Positions 55,421 to 64,000 of a stretch of 64,000 nt of DNA are shown one piece after another. The first letter of the stretch is position 1; each line of letters opens with the position of its first letter. Where the stretch lies: assembly GCA_030427865.1 (NCBI GenBank), contig JAUICK010000007.1:76831-140830 (forward strand). The letters are read 5' to 3'. The stretch comes from Bacteroidia bacterium. Lineage in GTDB: Bacteria; Bacteroidota; Bacteroidia; Flavobacteriales; Flavobacteriaceae. Below the pieces are notes generated by a model. The model saw only the letters and a program-made list of their open reading frames with translations. It did not search any database and was not told the origin of the DNA. The position numbers and the translations under genes are program-made.

Positions 55421-57313
55421 TTAATACAAAACTCTAAACTTAATAGTACCTTCTACTTTTCTTAGTTTTTCAATAACTTCTTTGTTGTATTCTTTGTCTA
55501 AATCTGTAATTACGTATCCTACTTTTGGGTCTGTTGATAAATATTGACCTGTAATATTCAAATCGTATTTTGCTAAAATTTTATTGATTTTTGCCATTAC
55601 ACCTGGTACATTTTTATGGATATGTAAAAAACGATGTGCATTGGTTTGTCTTGGCAAACGAATGTTTGGAAAATTTACTGCATCTACTGTATTTCCAGAA
55701 TTAATATACGCCATAATTTTACTTGGTACAAAATCTGCAATATCTCTTTGCGCTTCTTCTGTACTTCCACCAACATGTGGTGTTAAAATTACGTTTGGTA
55801 ATCCTTTTAATTCTGTATAAAATTCTCCGTTTTTTCTTGGTTCAGAAGGATATACATCAACTGCGGCTCCAGCTATTTTACCACTTCTTAAAGCATGTGT
55901 TAACGCATTAATATCTACTACAAAACCACGAGAAAGGTTTACTAAGTAAGCCCCATCTTTCATCTGAGTAATTTCTTTTTCTCCAAAGAAATTTTTATTG
56001 GCAGCATTGTCATCAACGTGTAAAGTTACTACATCAGAAATTTTTAACAATTCTTCTAATGTACTCATCTTTGTAGCATTTCCTAAGGCTAATTTATCTT
56101 CAACATCATAATAACAAACATCCATACCTAATGCCTCTGCTAATACTGATAATTGCTTACCAATATTACCATAACCTACAATACCTAATTTTTTACCGCG
56201 AACTTCTCTTGACCCTTCAGCAGTTTTATTCCACTGACCATTGTGAATTTCTGTACTTCTTTGAAACACAGAACGCATTAACATGATAATTTCTCCAATT
56301 GCTAATTCTACCACAGAACGCGTATTACTGTAAGGCGCATTAAAAACTACAATACCTTTTTCTTTACAGGCTTCTAAATCTATTTGTTTTGTACCAATAC
56401 AAAACGCACTTACTACCATAAGTTTTTCTGCTGCTTCTACAACTTTTTGCGTAACATTTGTTTTAGAACGAATACCTAAAACGTGTACGTCTTTAATTTT
56501 TTCTATCAATTCATCTTCAGACAAACTTTTAGACACTGTTTCTACCGAAAATCCATCTGTAGATAATTTTGCAAAAGCATCTGGATGTACATTTTCTAAT
56601 AATAAAATCTTAATTCTATTCTTTGGGTAACTTATATTTCTTGGCAACTTGTTAACGTATAAAAATTCATCTAAATTTGGGGCTATATGGTCTGCGTTTT
56701 CTGTTGTTTTATCACGAGATACATTTTCTGTATAAGCAAAAAATTTATCGGCTACACCAGCTTTACGAGTTACATAATCGCTATAACCATCACCAATCAC
56801 TTGTATTTCTCCTTCAAGGTTCATGTCTTTTAAACACTTAATTTTTCCATTGTGTTGAGAAAGCGGATTGCTGCTATCAAAGCTAACAATTTTTCCAGTT
56901 TCATCATACTCAAAAGTATTCGCATAAACTCTTTCTGAAGGAATATTGTATGCAGCTACAATAGGATCTATAAATTCTTTAAACCCGCAAGAAATTACAT
57001 AAATATCGTTTGCAAATTCTTCGAAAAATTCTTTATTACTTTCTATAGATTTAGATACTTGCTTTTTTAAAGCTATAACTAAAGCCTCTAAATCAGTTTT
57101 ATTTGCTTCTAATAATCGAATTCTTCTTTCTAAAGATTCTGTAAAAGAAATTTCGCCATCGATACCTAAATTTGTGATATCTATTATTTCTTGAATAATT
57201 TCATCTTTTTTAGGATTTTTCTCTAATGTAATTTCTGCTAATACATCTAACGCTTCAACGCGCGTTAGCGTGCTGTCAAAATCGAAAATATAATTTCTTT
57301 TTGTGGTAATCAT
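55421..57313 (-). CDS. serA: D-3-phosphoglycerate dehydrogenase fused to an N-terminal HAD phosphoserine-phosphatase-like domain
   Basis: FDFDSTL and GDGYSD HAD motifs; GIRSKT, GYGNIG, TPHVGGSTEEAQ, ACT domain; -7 box at 57352-57359. Confidence 0.93.
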   Translation of the reverse strand: MITTKRNYIFDFDSTLTRVEALDVLAEITLEKNPKKDEIIQEIIDITNLGIDGEISFTESLERRIRLLEANKTDLEALVIALKKQVSKSIESNKEFFEEFANDIYVISCGFKEFIDPIVAAYNIPSERVYANTFEYDETGKIVSFDSSNPLSQHNGKIKCLKDMNLEGEIQVIGDGYSDYVTRKAGVADKFFAYTENVSRDKTTENADHIAPNLDEFLYVNKLPRNISYPKNRIKILLLENVHPDAFAKLSTDGFSVETVSKSLSEDELIEKIKDVHVLGIRSKTNVTQKVVEAAEKLMVVSAFCIGTKQIDLEACKEKGIVVFNAPYSNTRSVVELAIGEIIMLMRSVFQRSTEIHNGQWNKTAEGSREVRGKKLGIVGYGNIGKQLSVLAEALGMDVCYYDVEDKLALGNATKMSTLEELLKISDVVTLHVDDNAANKNFFGEKEITQMKDGAYLVNLSRGFVVDINALTHALRSGKIAGAAVDVYPSEPRKNGEFYTELKGLPNVILTPHVGGSTEEAQRDIADFVPSKIMAYINSGNTVDAVNFPNIRLPRQTNAHRFLHIHKNVPGVMAKINKILAKYDLNITGQYLSTDPKVGYVITDLDKEYNKEVIEKLRKVEGTIKFRVLY

Positions 57314-57462
57314 TACTTTAAAATCTTGGTTGATTTAAGTGTGTAAATCTACAAATATAGTAGGGATTTATAAAGTAAACTCGCAGTTTTGTGATATCCG
57401 TTTTATTTACTACTGTTAATAAAAAATAGCGTAAAAAAAGTTATTTTTAACCTTAAAAATTA

Positions 57463-58275
57463 TCAAAATCCTAAAAGAAGCAACCACCAAACAATTGGTA
57501 ACAGCTCTACCCAAAAAGAGCTGTAGTATTTAGATTGGTCTATTTTTGCTCGCATCAGAAAAATAATAACAAGAAAAAAGAAAATCATAAAAGGAGTTTT
57601 TACTTCATTTGATGTTGAAGAAAGATATTCTAAAACCAATGAAAAAACCATTAGTATTAATCCTAATTTTTTAGTTTTTTCAATCCCTATTCTCTTGGGA
57701 ATTGTTTGCAAGGAAATGGCATCATATTTTACATCCCTTATATCAAAAGGCAAAATTAAAACCACTACAATAAAAAAACGTTGCAGCATTAACAAAACAA
57801 TGTTATAAGAAATGTCCTTGCTGGCATCAATTAAAGGAATCAAAACTGTAAAACCTGCCCACACTAAAGCAACTACAATAATTTTTAAATAACTAATTTG
57901 TCTTAAATTTTTTTCAAAACCACTTAAAAAAGGAACTGCATACAATATGGTTAATAAACAAAAAGGCATTACATAACATAGAGTTGTTAAAGAAATTTGA
58001 TAGGCATAATAACAAAGCGCTAAAAAACAAAAAAGAGAGAATATTTGAATAACTTTTAAATCGTTTGTTAAACTTCTATGATGCAATTTGGCAACGCCTG
58101 CATACTTAACAAAATTATAACCTGTAATTGTGCCAAAAAAAACAAAATAATTTAGGTTTTCGTTGTATGGTAAATCAAAATAAATTTCAGTAATTCTAAT
58201 AAATGCATATACAGATAATGCTACAAGAATGCTTGCATTAATACAAAAATTAAAAATCAGCCTTACAATCTTCAT
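57463..58275 (-). CDS. UbiA-like prenyltransferase family membrane protein
   Basis: Multi-TM; LPFDIRDVKYD aspartate-rich motif. Confidence 0.6.
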   Translation of the reverse strand: MKIVRLIFNFCINASILVALSVYAFIRITEIYFDLPYNENLNYFVFFGTITGYNFVKYAGVAKLHHRSLTNDLKVIQIFSLFCFLALCYYAYQISLTTLCYVMPFCLLTILYAVPFLSGFEKNLRQISYLKIIVVALVWAGFTVLIPLIDASKDISYNIVLLMLQRFFIVVVLILPFDIRDVKYDAISLQTIPKRIGIEKTKKLGLILMVFSLVLEYLSSTSNEVKTPFMIFFFLVIIFLMRAKIDQSKYYSSFWVELLPIVWWLLLLGF

Positions 58276-58451
58276 ATTACAAAAATAGGCTTTCTGTTCA
58301 TAACATTCTTTTTTAGTTAATAATTAACATTGATTTACCCAAAAAGTAATAGTACTTATTTTATTAATTCCTTATTTTTGTTGCGCTAAATTTTAATTGT
58401 TTTAAAAACCAACTAAATCGATTGAAATAAGCCCTAACTAAACTTTATTTA

Positions 58452-61289
58452 ATGAATACAAATTCGTTTCAACTTAGACATATTGGTCCTAATAAAGAGG
58501 AGCAAGAAAAAATGTTAGCTGCAATTAAGGCTGATAGTTTAGAGCAATTAATTACAGAAACTGTACCCGATAATATTCGTTTAAAAGACGATTTAGATTT
58601 AGCTCCTGCAATGAGCGAATATGAATACTTGGCTCACATTAAAGAACTTTCTGAGAAAAATAAAGTTTTTAAAAGCTACATTGGCTTAGGATATCATGAA
58701 GCCATTGTTCCCAGTGTAATACAACGTAACATTTTAGAAAACTCAGGTTGGTATACTGCCTACACACCATACCAAGCAGAAATTGCACAAGGTCGTTTAG
58801 AAGCCTTATTAAATTACCAAACTATGGTTTGTGATTTAACAGGAATGGAGTTGGCAAATGCCTCTTTATTAGACGAATCTACTGCTGCTGCAGAAGCAAT
58901 GGCGTTGTTGTTTGATGTAAGAGAAAGAACACAAAAAAAAGCAGGAGTAAACAAGTTTTTTGTGTCTTCAGCAATTTTACCGCAAACTTTATCAGTTTTA
59001 CAGACTCGTTCTACTCCTATTGGAATTGAATTGGTTGTAGGTAATCATCAAGAATTTAATTTTTCTGATGATTTTTTTGGTGCTATTTTACAATACCCAG
59101 GAAAACACGGTCAAGTTTATGATTACACAGAATTTGTTGCTAAAGCCAACAAAAACAATATAAAAGTAGCCGTTGCTGCGGATATTTTATCATTAGTAAA
59201 ACTAAAAGCTCCAGCAGAATTTGGTGTTGATGTTGTTGTTGGAACCACCCAACGTTTTGGAATTCCTTTAGGTTATGGAGGACCACATGCAGGTTATTTT
59301 GCTACCAAAGAAAAATACAAAAGAAGCATTCCAGGTCGTATTATTGGAGTTACCAAAGACAAAAACGGCAAGCGTGCTTTACGTATGGCATTACAAACGC
59401 GTGAGCAACACATTAAACGCGAAAAAGCAACCTCAAACATCTGTACGGCACAAGTTTTATTGGCTGTTATGGCTGGTATGTATGCTGTTTATCATGGTAA
59501 AGATGGCTTAAAATATATTGCTGATGGTATTCATAAATACACAAAAACCTTAGCTATTATTTTAAAAGATTTAGGTTTTAAGCAACTGAATTCTTCTTAC
59601 TTTGATACTATTTTGGTTGAAGTTGATGCCAAAACATTACAACCTGTTGCAGAAGCAAATCATATTAACTTTAATTATGTTGATGATCATCATGTTTCTA
59701 TTTCTATTAACGAAACTGTTGGATTAAAAGAGTTAAAAGCAATTGTAAATTGTTTTGAAGAAGCTTTTAATCTTAAAAGTGGAGCATTACCTCTTCCTAT
59801 TAAAGTTATCCCAGAAAACCTGCAAAGAAATACACCGTTTTTAGAAAACGAAATTTTTAACACGTATCAATCCGAAACCGAAATGATGCGTTATATCAAA
59901 AAATTAGAACGTAAAGATTTGGCATTAAATCATTCAATGATTTCTTTAGGGTCTTGTACCATGAAATTAAATGCAGCTTCTGAAATGTTGCCTTTAAGCA
60001 ATCCACAATGGGGTAATATTCATCCCTTTGTTCCTTTAGATCAAGCAAAAGGATACCAAGAAGTTTTAGAAAGATTAGAACATCAATTAAACGTTATTAC
60101 TGGTTTTGCAGGCACTTCTTTACAACCCAATTCTGGTGCTCAAGGTGAGTTTGCTGGGTTAATGACTATTAGAGCTTATCATCAATCAAGAAATGATGAG
60201 CATAGAAATATTTGTTTGATTCCTGCTTCTGCTCACGGAACAAATCCTGCTTCTGCGGTTATGGCTGGAATGAAAGTTGTAGTAACCAAAACTGCTGAAA
60301 ACGGTAATATAGATGTAGAAGATTTACGTGCAAAAGCAGAATTACATAAAGACAATTTAGCTGCATTAATGGTAACATATCCTTCTACGCATGGAGTTTA
60401 CGAAAAAGAGATCAAAGAAATAACACAAATTATTCATGATAATGGCGGACAAGTTTATATGGATGGTGCAAATATGAATGCACAGGTTGGTTTGACAAAT
60501 CCTGCCACTATTGGTGCTGATGTTTGCCACTTAAACCTACACAAAACATTTGCCATTCCTCATGGTGGTGGTGGCCCAGGAGTTGGCCCTATTTGTGTGG
60601 CTCCTCAATTAGTTCCTTTTTTACCAACGAATCCTGTAATTGCTACAGGTGGAGAAAAAGCTATTACTGCAATTTCAGCTGCGCCTTGGGGTTCTGCTTT
60701 GGCATGTTTAATTTCTTACGGATACATTACTATGTTAGGTGCTGATGGCTTAACTGCTTCTACAAAAAATGCCATTTTAAACGCTAACTATATAAAAGAA
60801 CGTTTACATGGTTATTATGAAACTTTATATTCTGGTGAATTGAATAGAGCTGCACATGAAATGATTATTGACTGTCGTGATTTTAAACAAAACGGAATTG
60901 AAGTTGTAGACATTGCAAAACGTTTGATGGATTATGGTTTTCACGCACCTACAGTTTCTTTTCCTGTTGGAGGAACTATGATGATAGAACCTACAGAATC
61001 TGAAAGTTTAGCTGAATTAGATCGTTTTTGTGATGCAATGATTTCTATTCGTGAAGAAATTAAAAATGCAACTAAAGAAGATGCTAGCAATCCTTTAAAA
61101 AACGCGCCACATACGCAAGAAATGTTAACAGCAGATGAATGGGATTTACCTTACACCAGAAAACAAGCTGCTTTTCCTTTAGCATATATTGCAGAAAATA
61201 AATTTTGGCCTTCTGTAAGAAGAGTTGATGATGCTTTTGGAGACAGAAACTTAATTTGTTCTTGTAACCCAATTGAAAATTATATGTAA
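58452..61289 (+). CDS. gcvP: Glycine dehydrogenase (decarboxylating), P protein
   Basis: [49 protein letters not shown]; -7 box TATTTTTG at 58373-58380. Confidence 0.98.
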   Translation: MNTNSFQLRHIGPNKEEQEKMLAAIKADSLEQLITETVPDNIRLKDDLDLAPAMSEYEYLAHIKELSEKNKVFKSYIGLGYHEAIVPSVIQRNILENSGWYTAYTPYQAEIAQGRLEALLNYQTMVCDLTGMELANASLLDESTAAAEAMALLFDVRERTQKKAGVNKFFVSSAILPQTLSVLQTRSTPIGIELVVGNHQEFNFSDDFFGAILQYPGKHGQVYDYTEFVAKANKNNIKVAVAADILSLVKLKAPAEFGVDVVVGTTQRFGIPLGYGGPHAGYFATKEKYKRSIPGRIIGVTKDKNGKRALRMALQTREQHIKREKATSNICTAQVLLAVMAGMYAVYHGKDGLKYIADGIHKYTKTLAIILKDLGFKQLNSSYFDTILVEVDAKTLQPVAEANHINFNYVDDHHVSISINETVGLKELKAIVNCFEEAFNLKSGALPLPIKVIPENLQRNTPFLENEIFNTYQSETEMMRYIKKLERKDLALNHSMISLGSCTMKLNAASEMLPLSNPQWGNIHPFVPLDQAKGYQEVLERLEHQLNVITGFAGTSLQPNSGAQGEFAGLMTIRAYHQSRNDEHRNICLIPASAHGTNPASAVMAGMKVVVTKTAENGNIDVEDLRAKAELHKDNLAALMVTYPSTHGVYEKEIKEITQIIHDNGGQVYMDGANMNAQVGLTNPATIGADVCHLNLHKTFAIPHGGGGPGVGPICVAPQLVPFLPTNPVIATGGEKAITAISAAPWGSALACLISYGYITMLGADGLTASTKNAILNANYIKERLHGYYETLYSGELNRAAHEMIIDCRDFKQNGIEVVDIAKRLMDYGFHAPTVSFPVGGTMMIEPTESESLAELDRFCDAMISIREEIKNATKEDASNPLKNAPHTQEMLTADEWDLPYTRKQAAFPLAYIAENKFWPSVRRVDDAFGDRNLICSCNPIENYM

Positions 61290-61313
61290 ACGTATAGCGT
61301 TTTTTAATATTTT

Positions 61314-61342
61314 AAACCGTTTCTTTTGAAACGGTTTTTTTG
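61314..61342 (+). terminator. Intrinsic terminator of gcvP
   Basis: AAACCGTTTC-tttt-GAAACGGTTT plus T-run. Confidence 0.88.
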
Positions 61343-61417
61343 TTTAAAATAAATACAATTCTTCTTTTTTATAATTGATTTTTTTAATGTTTATTTGCCA
61401 AAAATTTAAAAAAAATT

Positions 61418-62026
61418 ATGATGAAGAAATTATTTTTTATAACTATTTTATTTTCAGCTACTTTTACTTTTACGCAACAAAACAATACTTGGGTATTTAG
61501 TGGTGAACTTGGTTTGAGATACGATAAATTACATTATACACAAAACAATTTACCTGATAACAATACAAAACAATTACAAATTTTAGGAAGAGTGGGGTAT
61601 ATTTTTACCAATTCAAATTTTGAAATTGGCCTTGGTATAGGTTTTGGAAGCAGCGAAAGCACCTCTATATTTTCTAATACAAAAGACAAGTACAAGAATA
61701 TAAGTTTTAGACCTTATGCTAAACAATATTTTACAATTAACGATAAATTTGCTTTTCATTTAATTGGAGAATTGGGCTTTAGTAAAGTCTATTTAGACAA
61801 TACTAATGGAAATGATGAAATTGATATCCAAGAGCTTGGAATTGTCTTTAGACCCGGTTTTGTTTATTTTGTAACCAAACATTTTGCATTGACCGCAAAC
61901 TTAGGCTCACTTGGATACATTAGTACTACATCTAAATACAAATTTTTAGATGACAGAAAAAATGAATCTTTTGGTTTTAATTTTAATGGTTCTAACATAT
62001 TGTTTGGTGTTGCTTATTACCTATAA
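61418..62026 (+). CDS. Outer-membrane beta-barrel protein
   Basis: Signal peptide, amphipathic strands, terminal GVAYYL. Confidence 0.8.
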   Translation: MMKKLFFITILFSATFTFTQQNNTWVFSGELGLRYDKLHYTQNNLPDNNTKQLQILGRVGYIFTNSNFEIGLGIGFGSSESTSIFSNTKDKYKNISFRPYAKQYFTINDKFAFHLIGELGFSKVYLDNTNGNDEIDIQELGIVFRPGFVYFVTKHFALTANLGSLGYISTTSKYKFLDDRKNESFGFNFNGSNILFGVAYYL

Positions 62027-62073
62027 ACAAATACAATAAATAGTAAAAACCAGATATTAATCGTTAGCAAAAA

Positions 62074-63579
62074 CTAATAATAAACCTCTTCTAAACTAAC
62101 AATTTTATCTTCTTTTGTGCGTCTAAATATTTGGTTTGGCTTTATCTCTGAGATTGAGTTTTCTCCCATAGCTGCAGTCATTTCTTTAACAGCTTGTATG
62201 GTTTTTTTATGATAATTTTTTACACGTACATTTTTCTTTTCTACAACCAAAGCTTTTACCAAATCTTCATCTTGAGTAGCCACTCCAACAGGGCAAGTAT
62301 CTAAATTACATTCTCTGGCTTGTATGCATCCTAAACTTAACATAAAACTACGTGCCATACCTACTGCATCTGCTCCTAAAGCTAAATATTTTACAATATC
62401 AAAAGCATCAATGGCTTTACCAGAAGCTATTATTTTTATTTGGTTCTTTAATTTGTATTGCATTAAAAGTTTGTTTACAAATACCAATCCTTCAATTAAA
62501 GGTGTTCCAATATAATTAGTAAATTCCATTGGAGCTGCACCTGTACCACCTTCTCCTCCATCTACAGAAATAAAATCAGGATAATTTTTAGCTTTTGCAA
62601 AAGCAGCTATCATTTGTTCAATTTCGTGATTATTTCCTACACATAACTTTATTCCTACAGGTTTTCCTTCGGATAAATCTCTTATTTTTTGAATAAAAGC
62701 AATCATTTCTTCAAAATTAGAAAATGCAGAATGGCTTGGTGGCGAATCTACTTGAGTCCCTACTTCTACTTTTCTAATAGCAGCAATTTCAGGTGTGTTT
62801 TTCTTTGCTGGTAAAATTCCTCCATGACCAGGTTTTGCCCCTTGTGAAAATTTTATTTCAATCATTTTTACTTCTGGTCGAATTGCGTTTTCTTTAAAAA
62901 CTACATCATCAAAAGTCCGTTTTCCGTTTACAGATTTTCCTGCTCCAAAATATCCTGTACCTACTTGGAAAATTAAATCGCCTCCTTGCAGATGATAAGG
63001 TGATATTCCTCCTTCGCCTGTATTATGTGCAAAATTATCCATTTTTGCGCCCTGATTTAATGCCATAATTGCATTTTTACTTAAAGAACCAAAAGACATT
63101 GCAGAAATATTTATAATAGAGCTTTCATATTTTTGAATACATTTGTCTGAGCCAAAAACAACTCTTTCTCCTTTTATTTTGTGATGATCTTTTGGAAATA
63201 AGGAATGTTTTACAAACTCATATCCTTTGGCATATACATTATGCTGTGTCCCAAAAGGTACTGTATCTTTTTCTAATTTTGCGCGCTGATACACCACACT
63301 TCTTTTTTCTCTGTTAATAGGTGTTCCGTTTAAATTATCTTCTATAAAATACTGTTGAATTTTATCTCTTTCTTCTTCAAAAAACCATCGTAAACGAGCT
63401 ACTAATGGAAATGCTCTTAACAAAGAGTGTGAAGATTGAAAGCTATCGTAAAATGCAATTATTGTTAGTGTTGCAGAAATTGATAACAAAATTATGGTGC
63501 CAATTTGCGGAATAAAATATACAAATGCTCCGCATAAAACTGTACTGGCAATTAAAACTGAAAGTATGGTGTTTCTCAT
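62074..63579 (-). CDS. FMN-binding glutamate synthase family protein
   Basis: ISAMSFGSLS, NTGEGG, EIKFSQGAKPG.GG, VDGGEGGTGAAP, CIQAREC...CP.G. Confidence 0.93.
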   Translation of the reverse strand: MRNTILSVLIASTVLCGAFVYFIPQIGTIILLSISATLTIIAFYDSFQSSHSLLRAFPLVARLRWFFEEERDKIQQYFIEDNLNGTPINREKRSVVYQRAKLEKDTVPFGTQHNVYAKGYEFVKHSLFPKDHHKIKGERVVFGSDKCIQKYESSIINISAMSFGSLSKNAIMALNQGAKMDNFAHNTGEGGISPYHLQGGDLIFQVGTGYFGAGKSVNGKRTFDDVVFKENAIRPEVKMIEIKFSQGAKPGHGGILPAKKNTPEIAAIRKVEVGTQVDSPPSHSAFSNFEEMIAFIQKIRDLSEGKPVGIKLCVGNNHEIEQMIAAFAKAKNYPDFISVDGGEGGTGAAPMEFTNYIGTPLIEGLVFVNKLLMQYKLKNQIKIIASGKAIDAFDIVKYLALGADAVGMARSFMLSLGCIQARECNLDTCPVGVATQDEDLVKALVVEKKNVRVKNYHKKTIQAVKEMTAAMGENSISEIKPNQIFRRTKEDKIVSLEEVYY

Positions 63580-63655
63580 TATGTGCTAAACTTTTAAAAG
63601 AATTTAAAAATACACTTTTAGCTGGATATTAAACATTAAAGCTTATAAATATGTT

Positions 63656-63808
63656 GCGTTAAGGATTGAAATGGAAATCCTTTTTATGCTGAATTTGATT
63701 GTACATCTCTTAAACTAAATTCACTTCCTATTAAAAAAAACAAAAGAGTTAAAATAATTTTTTGCATAAAAAGATTGTAATGGAAAGCCTGACCTGAAAG
63801 GTAACGCC
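63656..63808 (+). repeat. Related structured repeat variant (possible Flavo-1 RNA), copy 4
   Basis: GCGTTA..GATTGAAATGGAAATCCTTTTTATGC-loop-GCATAAAAAGATTGTAATGGAAAGCC..TAACGC. Confidence 0.65.
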
Positions 63809-63813
63809 ATAAA

Positions 63814-63843
63814 AAAACTCCAACAAATACATGTTGGAGTTTT
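63814..63843 (-). terminator. Intrinsic terminator of rpmE
   Basis: 12-bp arms AAAACTCCAACA / TGTTGGAGTTTT with T-run on the minus strand. Confidence 0.85.
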
Positions 63844-63867
63844 AAATATGTTGAAAATTTTAAAGAA

Positions 63868-64000
63868 TTACTTCTTGAATTTTGCGTATTTGTTTTTAAA
63901 CTTGTCAATACGTCCAGCTGTATCAACCAATTTAGATTTACCAGTGTAAAATGGATGAGATGTTCTTGAAATCTCTAATTTTACTAAAGGATACTCAACA
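63868..64000 (-). CDS. rpmE2: 50S ribosomal protein L31 type B, 3' part (runs off the window; absent from the ORF track)
   Basis: ...[43 protein letters not shown]. Confidence 0.95.
   Translation of the reverse strand, partial: VEYPLVKLEISRTSHPFYTGKSKLVDTAGRIDKFKNKYAKFKK

Noticed and set aside
58381-58451. Glycine riboswitch upstream of gcvP
   Set aside because: The predicted leader is only ~65 nt, AT-rich and shows no aptamer-like stems
416-62515. Remaining 60-100 aa ORFs antisense to or nested in long genes
   Set aside because: Shadow ORFs of well-supported genes with no recognisable motifs
63684-63926. 80-aa minus-strand ORF
   Set aside because: Overlaps rpmE in another frame, its terminator and the structured repeat
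1-64000. rRNA, tRNA, IS transposases, integrases, prophage or defence genes
   Set aside because: No recognisable signatures; intergenic gaps are short and explained by other features

Overview
AT-rich chromosomal segment from a marine Flavobacteriaceae bacterium (Polaribacter/Tenacibaculum-like). The assignment rests on gene content, a T9SS C-terminal sorting domain and many TAnnTTTG -7 promoter boxes. About 65 CDS are present. Housekeeping blocks are rsfS-ftsH-LUD-cdsA-psd-ACBP-yceI, birA, pyrE, coaD, ddl, rluD, dnaK, ndh, sdaA, a serB-serA fusion, gcvP and a partial rpmE. Accessory blocks are a T9SS-secreted hydrolase followed by an unannotated Tat-like peptide, an IorAB-type molybdoenzyme, a truncated arsR module, a five-gene ECF sigma/anti-sigma cluster with three matching ECF-type promoters, a TonB-dependent receptor module with two matching direct-repeat promoters, and a kynurenine/3-hydroxyanthranilate tryptophan-degradation cluster (kynU, kmo, nbaC/D/E/F). 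The window is rich in small non-autonomous repeats. These include REP-like palindromes, one of them translated in-frame inside kmo, a ~90-150 bp structured repeat found just downstream of stop codons, and octamer VNTRs. Three genes look disrupted. I found no rRNA, tRNA, CRISPR array, transposase or prophage. All calls come from reading the sequence and recalling protein families; no database search was run.
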